Origin: an uncultured Candidatus Saccharibacteria bacterium
GTDB lineage: Bacteria; Patescibacteriota; Minisyncoccia; Phycocordibacterales; GWA1-40-21
Direction of reading: 5' to 3'
NCBI GenBank assembly: GCA_964613715.1
Contig: CAZTJK010000004.1
Span: 3,834 to 67,833, forward strand
DNA length: 64,000 bases
Part shown: positions 56,687-64,000 of the stretch, piece by piece
Position numbering within the stretch: position 1 is the first letter of the stretch
Layout: the number at the start of each line of letters is the position of its first letter
The notes under the pieces: generated by a model
What the model was told of the DNA's origin: nothing
The model's database searches: none
What the model saw: the letters and a program-made list of their open reading frames with translations, nothing else
Position numbers and translations under genes: made by a program

Positions 56687-56689
56687 GGG

Positions 56690-57907
56690 CTAATTCAGTG
56701 TATCCATGACCGAATAAATCGGTTTGATCATGGCAAGCGCGAAAAAGCCAACGGCGACGCCGATGATCACCATGAGCACCGGCTCGATGATCGTCGACAT
56801 GTCCTTCGTCTTTTGATCGACCGAATTCTCGTAGAATTTCGCCACTTCCATGAGCATGGAGGGCATGCGACCCGTTTCCTCGCCGACCGCCATCATTTCG
56901 CCCACAAATACTGGGCAAAGATCGCTTTTGGCGAGGAAGACGCTCGAGATTGTCTCGCCTTTTTCCACCTTCAGGCTCGCTTCGGAAAGGATCGCGCGGA
57001 AATAGCTGTTCTGGATAACGTCGCCAGTGATGGAAACTGCCTTCGCAAACGGCACACCGGATGAAAGGAGTGAGGAAACCGTGCGCGTGATGCGCGCCGA
57101 ATTCGCTTCTTTGACAAGATCGCCGACAACAGGCGCATGGATCGATACGAAATCAAAGAGACGCCGCCCGCTTTTCGACAGTGAGAAGAAATAGCCGGCG
57201 ATGACAAGCGCAATAAGCAACAACAGTGACAGGATGATATTGTCCTTCAGGAAATTGCTCGAACTGATGAGCACCCGGGTCATGAATGGCAGCTCGACAT
57301 GCAGATCATTGAAGGTCGCGGTGATCGACGGCACGACAAAGACAAGCATGAGGATGCCGACGGTTGCCATGACGAAGAGAATCACGGACGGATAAATCAT
57401 GGCACCACGGATTTTCTTCTTGAGCTTGTACATGCCATCCATCTGCTCGCCGACGATCTGCAGTGATTCGGCAAGCTTGCCCGACTCTTCGCCCGCGCGC
57501 ACCATGGATACGAACAGGTTCGAAAATACGTTCGGGTATGCCGAAGCAGCCTGGGAAAGCGTTTGACCTTTGCGGATCTCAAGGCTGAGCGCAGCGATGA
57601 TCGTCTTGAATTTCTTATTTTTGATCTGCTTTTCGAGCACCGCAAGACTTTTCGCCACCGACAGGCCGGCATCGATCATATAGCCGAGATTTTTCGTGAA
57701 AATGATCTTTTGCAGCTCGGGCACGGCACTCAACAGATCGCTCACGAAGCCGGACCAATGCTTTTTCTCACCGACAAGCGACGCACTTACGAGCGTCGAT
57801 CCTTCAGCTTTCAGTTCCGCATAGAGGGAAAACTTGTCCGTCGATTCGCGGATGCCTTCGTATGTCTCCCCGCTCTTGCGTATCGCTTTGAATGCAAATT
57901 TTTCCAT
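56690..57907 (-). CDS. pilC: Type IV pilus inner-membrane platform protein (PilC/GspF)
   Basis: AGEESGKL, AMIYP, VGEETG, IIEP motifs. Confidence 0.95.
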   Translation of the reverse strand: MEKFAFKAIRKSGETYEGIRESTDKFSLYAELKAEGSTLVSASLVGEKKHWSGFVSDLLSAVPELQKIIFTKNLGYMIDAGLSVAKSLAVLEKQIKNKKFKTIIAALSLEIRKGQTLSQAASAYPNVFSNLFVSMVRAGEESGKLAESLQIVGEQMDGMYKLKKKIRGAMIYPSVILFVMATVGILMLVFVVPSITATFNDLHVELPFMTRVLISSSNFLKDNIILSLLLLIALVIAGYFFSLSKSGRRLFDFVSIHAPVVGDLVKEANSARITRTVSSLLSSGVPFAKAVSITGDVIQNSYFRAILSEASLKVEKGETISSVFLAKSDLCPVFVGEMMAVGEETGRMPSMLMEVAKFYENSVDQKTKDMSTIIEPVLMVIIGVAVGFFALAMIKPIYSVMDTLN

Positions 57908-57911
57908 GGCG

Positions 57912-59669
57912 TTATTCGGTAACTACACGCAGCACTTCTTCGATCGTCGTCAGGCCCTGCACGCATTTGAAAATGCCGTCTTCGAGCATGGTGATCATGC
58001 CCTCTTTCTTTGCCTGCAGCTCGATTTCCTGCGATGTCGCTCCTTTGATGACGAGATCGCGGATAGTCGGCGTCATTTCCATCACTTCATGGATGCCGAT
58101 GCGGCCCGCGAAGCCGTCTTTCGCTTCGGGCGTCTCGACCGGCTTGTAAAAACTGATCTTCGTCCAGTCATCACTCTTGCCAACGATGTTTTCCGCCCGT
58201 AAGGTGGCAAGCACTTTGTCGAGATCGACGATTTTCGCAAGCGAAGCAAGCTCCGTCTTCGACAATATATATGCCTTCTTCGACTTGGTCAGCTTGCGCA
58301 CCAAACGCTGGGCCATGACGATATTGATCGTAGAAACAAGAAGAAATGGCTCGATCTTCATATCGGAGAGGCGCGGAATGGTACCGGCAGCGCTATTGGT
58401 ATGAAGCGTGGAAAGCACGAGGTGTCCAGTCAACGCGGCATTCACGGCAAGAGAGGCCGTCTCATTGTCGCGGATTTCGCCGACCATGATGATGTCCGGG
58501 TCCTGGCGCACCAGAGAGCGCAAACCGTTTGAGAACGTAAAGCCTATATCCGGACGCACCTGCGTCTGGTTCACGCGAGGCATCTGATATTCGATCGGGT
58601 CTTCGATGGTCGCAATATTCACATCGACGGTATTCAAAAGCTCGAGAATCGTATAGAGTGTCGTCGTTTTTCCGGAGCCTGTCGGACCAGTGGTAAGAAT
58701 CATGCCATTGGCGCGCTTCATCGCCTCCTGGATGCGTTCGAGATTGATGCCGTGAAAGCCCATGGACTCGAGCGAGTAGTTGCCGACATTCTCGCGCAAA
58801 AGGCGCATGACGGTCTTTTCACCGAAATAGGTCGGGATGATGGAGACGCGAAAGGAAACGTTCTCGCCATTGAGCTCTATCTTGAAGCGCCCGTCCTGCG
58901 GCAGGCGCTTTTCATCAAGCTTCAAGTTCGCAAGCACTTTGATTCTTGCCGTAATCCCGGTCGCGGCTGATTTCGGCAGGACCATGGCATCATGTAAAAG
59001 ACCGTCGATACGGTAGCGGATCAGGAGATCGTTTTCCATCACTTCGATATGGATGTCGGACGCATTCTGGAGCACCGCATGCTTCAAGAGTGTATCGACG
59101 ACGCGCACGACGGGCAAATCTTCTGCCATTTTTTTCAGCGAATCTTCCGGCGCCTCATCAGCTCCGTTTGGCATATTTGTCTTGAGCGCGAGCAAATCCT
59201 TCTGGATCAGGTCACCGAACTCCGCTTTCAAACTTTTCTGATACTGGAGAATCGCGCTTTTGATCGATTCCGTATCGGTTAGGCGCGGCAGGATTTTCAG
59301 TCCGACTTTTTTCTTAATGAATTCGATTGAGGAGAGATCGTTCGTATCGAGCATCGCCACTTCGAGCGAGTCGATATTCTTGCGGAATGCGATGATATTG
59401 TTCTTGCGCGCGACAGGCTCCGGAATAAGCGAGAGCACGGCGAAATCTATTTTCTGGTTCTTCAAGTCGACGAACGGAATGCCGAAAATATATGCCTGTG
59501 CGCGACGCAGATCATCATCGGTGATCTTCCCGGAGCTCGTAAGCGCCTTCTCGATGCCGCCTTGGATTTTTCCAGCCTTGAGATCGGCCTCAATAGCATC
59601 GTATTCGGTCCGGTTGATGAGGCCGGAATCGACGAGGAATTCCTTCAGCTGTTTGGTATCAAGACGCAT
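57912..59669 (-). CDS. pilB: Type IV pilus assembly ATPase (PilB/GspE)
   Basis: ASDIHIE, RLPQDGR, TGPTGSGKTTTLY, EDPIEY, RQDPD, TGHLVLSTLHTN. Confidence 0.96.
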   Translation of the reverse strand: MRLDTKQLKEFLVDSGLINRTEYDAIEADLKAGKIQGGIEKALTSSGKITDDDLRRAQAYIFGIPFVDLKNQKIDFAVLSLIPEPVARKNNIIAFRKNIDSLEVAMLDTNDLSSIEFIKKKVGLKILPRLTDTESIKSAILQYQKSLKAEFGDLIQKDLLALKTNMPNGADEAPEDSLKKMAEDLPVVRVVDTLLKHAVLQNASDIHIEVMENDLLIRYRIDGLLHDAMVLPKSAATGITARIKVLANLKLDEKRLPQDGRFKIELNGENVSFRVSIIPTYFGEKTVMRLLRENVGNYSLESMGFHGINLERIQEAMKRANGMILTTGPTGSGKTTTLYTILELLNTVDVNIATIEDPIEYQMPRVNQTQVRPDIGFTFSNGLRSLVRQDPDIIMVGEIRDNETASLAVNAALTGHLVLSTLHTNSAAGTIPRLSDMKIEPFLLVSTINIVMAQRLVRKLTKSKKAYILSKTELASLAKIVDLDKVLATLRAENIVGKSDDWTKISFYKPVETPEAKDGFAGRIGIHEVMEMTPTIRDLVIKGATSQEIELQAKKEGMITMLEDGIFKCVQGLTTIEEVLRVVTE

Positions 59670-59703
59670 AACTTTAGAAAAGTATACCAAGAAAGCGGAG
59701 CAA

Positions 59704-59733
59704 CAAAAAGCCCGCGCGTCGCCCGGGCTTTTT
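59704..59733 (-). terminator. Terminator after large secreted protein
   Basis: CAAAAAGCCCGCGCG-TC-GCCCGGGCTTTTTG imperfect hairpin. Confidence 0.6.
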
Positions 59734-59735
59734 GC

Positions 59736-62700
59736 TTAAATCTCGTGTATCTTCCCTTCATCGAGCTTCACCGTCGTCGTCGCCACACAGGTCGACGTAT
59801 ATATGGTGCCATTGGCGATCACCGTCGAGCTCGCGCTCACGCTTTTTATCCCGAGCGTCGTGTAAATCTTATTGAAAGTCAGTGAGCTCGTCGCGGCAGG
59901 CGGCAGATCGGTGCCGGCAATCGTAAGCGATGGATTACTGAATGGCCCTGAAATGCCTGGAAACGAGACAGTCCAGGAGACCTGCTTGTTCAGATAGACG
60001 CTGTTTCCTCCCGGACCACCGATCTGCGTTGCACTGCAGGCAGAGGTCGTGGGGACAGCACAGGAAGCAAGTGGCGCTGATGTCGTAGAGACGCGCTGCG
60101 AAGATGCAGTAAAGAAGGTATTGTTCGGGCCATAATTCACCGCGGTCACGAAATAGGAATATTTCTTGCCGAGAATGACATCTGAATCGGCAAAGCTGTT
60201 GGCGCTCGTCGTGCCGATTTGCACAAACTGGTTGCCGCCGCCATTGCCGGATCTTCTCCATATCTGGTAATAATTCGCTGCATGCGAAGGAGACCAATCC
60301 ACTTCGATCGGCCAGACGCCACCGGCGCCACAGCTATTGGTGACACTCGTATTTGGTGAAGGTGGTTGGGCCCATGCAGTTGCAGTCGAACTTCCGGACC
60401 CGTATTGATTCGTGCAGGTAAGGATAAAGGTGGTGCTGACCAAGAGCGGCAAGCTGTCGACGGAGCTTGTTGCACTGTTTGATGGCTCGACAGTCCCCGG
60501 CCATAAGCCGTTATATGGAGTGGTTTGCGCGGAACAGGCATTCGCCGAGATGGTTCGCCATTGGATATTCGTCGTCGGTGGGGCAGCAACCACGGTCGGC
60601 GAGACAACAAGATTCACCGTAGGTGTCAAAGGGTTCGCCGTGATCTTCACGGCATCGGTCGCGACAAGGCTCATGCCGTTTTTCACGCAGGTCAGGGTGA
60701 ATGTCGTATCTTTTGCGAGATTCCCCGTCGAAGTGCTGCCGGAGGTCGATACTTGACCGAGATTATTACTGTTCCCGCTATTCCCACGACTGCTCAAAGA
60801 ACACGTATCCGCATAGCTCGATGACCAGGCAAGCGTGGTCGAGCTATTCATCGGAATGGATGTCGATGCTGCGGTGATGGAATCGGATGGCCCGACAAGG
60901 ATGGTGGTGCCTGCCTGGCCTGGATTGGTAATACCCGTGCCACTATACGGAATATAGTTACTGCCGCAGTAGACAGTGATGGAAGAATTATTTGTGATCG
61001 GCTTCGTCGATGCCGTACCCCAGACGCCTGCATTCTGATGGATCATGGCGCCGTCCTGCCAGATATCGCACCAATTCGCTCCGCGGGAATCCCAGGAAAT
61101 ATTTGCTGTCATGCCATACGCGGCCGCGCTCGGCGCTGACGTGATATACGCTCCGGGATTGAACTGCGATCCGCTGTTTTGAAAATACACTTTGCTGCAG
61201 TATTTGCCGCCATCATCGCAGACGTTGAGATAATTGCCGGACGCGAGCTGATTGGTATTCGGCCAGCCGATAAATCCCCCACCATAGCCATAATAGGATA
61301 CGGTGCGGCCGGTCCAATACATCGGGCAGCCGCCAGTCCAATTTGCAGAACAAGTGATCGGATCTTCAGTGCTTTCGCAGAAGAAATAGCCACTGTAGCC
61401 GTCCTTGTTCGCATCATTGCTATTCGGAAAACAGGAGATCGCGGATGCGTGCTTTGGCAGAGCAAGCGTTACCAGCGACATGATGATTAGGAACGCTGCC
61501 ATGCCGGGAAGCGTCGGCTTTTTTCGAAATAGTCTCATGCCAATCAAAAGTACGAGCACGCTCGCCAATACGAGAAACAGTGGCCAGAGCATGGCAATAG
61601 GCAGTCCGGTACGCCCGACATGTATGGCGAAATCCTTGGTATCTAAAACTTTTTCAGAACCATCTGCTACATGCGTTGACAGGACGACATGGAGTGATGG
61701 GTTGGCACACGCACGGGAAACCGGCAGGGCGAAAATAGTATCCGGATTTGCCGGAGATGTTTCCTGGGACATCGGTTGAGCGCATTGATTTCCTGCGCTG
61801 TCGCGAAGGGCCACCGAAAGCGTGCCGGCCGACACCGAGGCAATCTCGCCTACAGTATAAATAGCAGATACGATCCTCACTGCCGCAGTATCGCCGGCAT
61901 CATATGCGACCTTATCGAAAGCGACATTCGCGATATCGCCGGCGATTCCCTTGACGAAATACATGAATGAATCGGTATTTGAAATCACTGCGCCGCTTTT
62001 GTCGCGGAGAGATACGAGCGCATAATATTCCTGTGGCACTGTCTCATGCGGCACTGCAAAGATGACCGTTGTGTCCCCGCTTGCAAGCGAGAGCGGCTCG
62101 GCTGCGATGCTTGATGTAGCGATATCGCCATACGGATTATGATAATGGATTTCAAAATACGGATAGGCACTTGTGCTGCCGGAAAGCCGGCTGGTCAAGC
62201 GGCATTCTTCAAAAAGCTCGTCTTGTGCGGAAACGAAGAGCTGGCCCGTCGCATCTTTCTTCCCTTTCACGAAGGCATGGCAGGAATCATGATCGATTTC
62301 GATCGCCTGGCCAGCGCTCGCATGTAAAGCGAGAGGGCTAAAATCGAATAGCGCGATTGTCACGCCGTCCTTGTTGCCGATTTCAATAGAAACAATATAT
62401 GATCCAGCTGTTATTGCATTCGGAATTACATAGGAACGGGCCTGTGCCAGGTGTGATGACGGCTCAAGGGTGAAGGCATCAGCATACGGATGCTCATCGA
62501 CGATCTGAGCGGTAGTTGATGATGTCACCCGCTTGAGACGAACCATGGCTCGTAATTCCGGATATGCATCACGGGTATTATTGACGATATCGAATGAAAG
62601 CTTGAGATCGCGATTGCCGTTATCCGCCCCAGAAATCTGCGTCTGTTCAATCGCAATATCTGCAGGAATCTGGCTCTGCGCTGATGCAGCATGTACGTAC

Positions 62701-62813
62701 GTTGTCGGATGAGTCATCCCAACCGGCACTGGAGCGGCTTGCGGCGATGCGAGGTCTTGCGCAAGGGCGAGGAAGGGGAAAAGGAAGAAAAAGAGATAGA
62801 AAATTTTTTTCAT
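59736..62813 (-). CDS. Large surface protein: Ig-like region, internal TM pair, Cys-rich region, Ig/FN3-like repeats, shared C-terminal domain
   Basis: Signal peptide; STTLAWSS..C..TFTLTC repeats; FN3-like YQIWRR..FADSDV..YSYFVTAVN. Confidence 0.8.
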   Translation of the reverse strand: MKKIFYLFFFLFPFLALAQDLASPQAAPVPVGMTHPTTYVHAASAQSQIPADIAIEQTQISGADNGNRDLKLSFDIVNNTRDAYPELRAMVRLKRVTSSTTAQIVDEHPYADAFTLEPSSHLAQARSYVIPNAITAGSYIVSIEIGNKDGVTIALFDFSPLALHASAGQAIEIDHDSCHAFVKGKKDATGQLFVSAQDELFEECRLTSRLSGSTSAYPYFEIHYHNPYGDIATSSIAAEPLSLASGDTTVIFAVPHETVPQEYYALVSLRDKSGAVISNTDSFMYFVKGIAGDIANVAFDKVAYDAGDTAAVRIVSAIYTVGEIASVSAGTLSVALRDSAGNQCAQPMSQETSPANPDTIFALPVSRACANPSLHVVLSTHVADGSEKVLDTKDFAIHVGRTGLPIAMLWPLFLVLASVLVLLIGMRLFRKKPTLPGMAAFLIIMSLVTLALPKHASAISCFPNSNDANKDGYSGYFFCESTEDPITCSANWTGGCPMYWTGRTVSYYGYGGGFIGWPNTNQLASGNYLNVCDDGGKYCSKVYFQNSGSQFNPGAYITSAPSAAAYGMTANISWDSRGANWCDIWQDGAMIHQNAGVWGTASTKPITNNSSITVYCGSNYIPYSGTGITNPGQAGTTILVGPSDSITAASTSIPMNSSTTLAWSSSYADTCSLSSRGNSGNSNNLGQVSTSGSTSTGNLAKDTTFTLTCVKNGMSLVATDAVKITANPLTPTVNLVVSPTVVAAPPTTNIQWRTISANACSAQTTPYNGLWPGTVEPSNSATSSVDSLPLLVSTTFILTCTNQYGSGSSTATAWAQPPSPNTSVTNSCGAGGVWPIEVDWSPSHAANYYQIWRRSGNGGGNQFVQIGTTSANSFADSDVILGKKYSYFVTAVNYGPNNTFFTASSQRVSTTSAPLASCAVPTTSACSATQIGGPGGNSVYLNKQVSWTVSFPGISGPFSNPSLTIAGTDLPPAATSSLTFNKIYTTLGIKSVSASSTVIANGTIYTSTCVATTTVKLDEGKIHEI

Positions 62814-62834
62814 GTGAATAATGGCGAACAGAAC

Positions 62835-63746
62835 CTAAATCTCGTGGACGGTGCCCGGATCAAGCTTCACCGTGGTGGTTGCGGAGCATGTTGCCGTGTA
62901 TGTCTTCGGGCCAAGCTTGGCAAGCACGGTCGCCGTAATGCCTTTCTGGCCGATCGTCGTATAGATCTTGTTGAATGTTGTCGCATCCTTGCCTTCCGTC
63001 ATGATATTCGCGACATCATTGCCTTCCCAATTCACCTGGAGTGTGTCGAAAGCCTGATCAAGGAATGATGCGCCGCCGCGTATCGCGTCAGGTACGATTG
63101 TCCATGATACCTGCTTGTTTGCATAAATAGTCGCGGAGCCGAGCTGGGTTGCGGAACAGACTGCATTGAGTACGATCGCATCGAGCGGTATGCCGCCATT
63201 GCCCCCGTTTCCAAAACCGCCAAATCCCCCGTTACCGTTGCCTTGCCCGTTGCCGTTATTACCCTGCCCCGGATGGCCAGGACCACGATTGCCGCCACCA
63301 TTATTGCCGCCGAAAATGCCCTGGCCATTGCCGTTGCCATTATTCTGGCTATTCGATCCGCCGCATGAGCCAACTGCCTGATCGCCGCCGCCAACGCCGG
63401 GAACATAGGTTGCATTGTCATTGCCAAGGCTGACCGGGGCTTTCGTCGCTTGGCTAAGCCGACATCCAGAATCATTGATCAGGCTATTCCCCAAATCAGT
63501 CAAGCCGGTATGAATACCAACAACATCAAGAGTAGCACCGACAGCATCTGCAGCTGCACCAATGATACCGCTGCCAACTGCGATAGAAGTATTCACGACA
63601 ACATTCACAACCGTCGTTGCAACGCTCACCACGGCAGTAACAACGCTTGCTACCGCATCCACGACGAACCCCGCCTGGCTTATTTGCGGTGTAACGATGA
63701 GAACCGCACCGAAGAGAAGCGAAAATGCCTTGAGATAGAGTTTCAT
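62835..63746 (-). CDS. Secreted protein with hydrophobic N-region, Gly/Asn linker and shared C-terminal domain
   Basis: Signal peptide MKLYLK..ISQA; GN-rich linker; C-terminus homologous to that of 59736-62813; start corrected to 63746. Confidence 0.8.
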   Translation of the reverse strand: MKLYLKAFSLLFGAVLIVTPQISQAGFVVDAVASVVTAVVSVATTVVNVVVNTSIAVGSGIIGAAADAVGATLDVVGIHTGLTDLGNSLINDSGCRLSQATKAPVSLGNDNATYVPGVGGGDQAVGSCGGSNSQNNGNGNGQGIFGGNNGGGNRGPGHPGQGNNGNGQGNGNGGFGGFGNGGNGGIPLDAIVLNAVCSATQLGSATIYANKQVSWTIVPDAIRGGASFLDQAFDTLQVNWEGNDVANIMTEGKDATTFNKIYTTIGQKGITATVLAKLGPKTYTATCSATTTVKLDPGTVHEI

Positions 63747-63847
63747 GGATAAATGATGCTTATAAATAATAGTGCTTCTATTATAGCAGATATGCATGCG
63801 GTGCAAACCGGTCTGTGTATAAGCGATTGCATGCTATCATACACCGC

Positions 63848-64000
63848 ATGACGCCCGACACGGCAGAAAAAAGAGCGCAGTCGCGCTGGCTCGCCCTTGA
63901 TGCCGTCAAAACGGCCGGCTTGATCGGCACGCTGCTCGCCCACCCGATGATCTGGGTGCTCGGAACAGAAAAAATGCTCGACGGCCATCCGATTTACGAT
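63848..64000 (+). CDS. Partial membrane protein, possibly acyltransferase-3/DUF1624-like
   Basis: MTPDTAEKRAQSRWLALDAVKTAGLIGTLLAH resembles the RxxxLDxxR...H start of these families; open to the window edge. Confidence 0.45.
   Translation, partial: MTPDTAEKRAQSRWLALDAVKTAGLIGTLLAHPMIWVLGTEKMLDGHPIYD

Noticed and set aside
63200-63360. Tandem DNA repeat, CRISPR or DGR in the GN-rich region; also TR/VR pairing of the two CTDs
   Set aside because: The repeats are codon-level low complexity; CTD differences are not adenine-specific and no reverse transcriptase or cas gene is present
879-63988. Many long alternative-frame and antisense ORFs (e.g. 9194-10036, 21262-22050, 33014-33814, 51905-52849)
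   Set aside because: They shadow well-identified genes, have no motifs or start signals, and are expected from GC3-biased codon usage

Overview
A 64 kb chromosomal segment of a Patescibacteria/CPR bacterium, most likely Parcubacteria. The basis is no rpmD in the spc cluster, no rplA after rplK, an alpha2 GlyRS, a type 2 IleRS carrying a histidine-phosphatase insert, and core genes without Shine-Dalgarno sites. Most genes are on the minus strand. Contents: a fragmented S10/spc ribosomal cluster (rpsS to secY-adk-map); four surface-protein genes including a probable S-layer gene; a wHTH gene divergent from ftsK-recA; efp and rpsF-ssb-rpsR; glyQS, recO, ileS, argS; a dTMP/folate cluster (dut, glyA, thyA, HIT, dCMP deaminase, cytidylyltransferase-like, folA, NMP-kinase-like, folD); secE-nusG-rplK; metG; and a type IV pilus locus preceded by two secreted proteins. 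I saw no rRNA, tRNA, CRISPR or IS element. Best leads: (1) the wHTH gene lies in an AT-rich array of about 13 TGTCYTT-type repeats bracketed by DnaA boxes next to ftsK; (2) a structured leader RNA of about 510 nt with a boxA-like motif precedes the S-layer gene; (3) two unrelated secreted proteins beside pilB share a C-terminal domain of about 100 aa ending TVKLDxGxxHEI, a candidate pilus-sorting domain; (4) five orphan single-gene cassettes carry strong SD sites that core genes lack; (5) the thymidylate cluster contains unexplained HIT and nucleotidyltransferase enzymes. An Illumina P7 adapter is assembled into the S-layer gene at 18140-18173 and is an artefact. All calls come from reading the sequence by eye; no searches were run.
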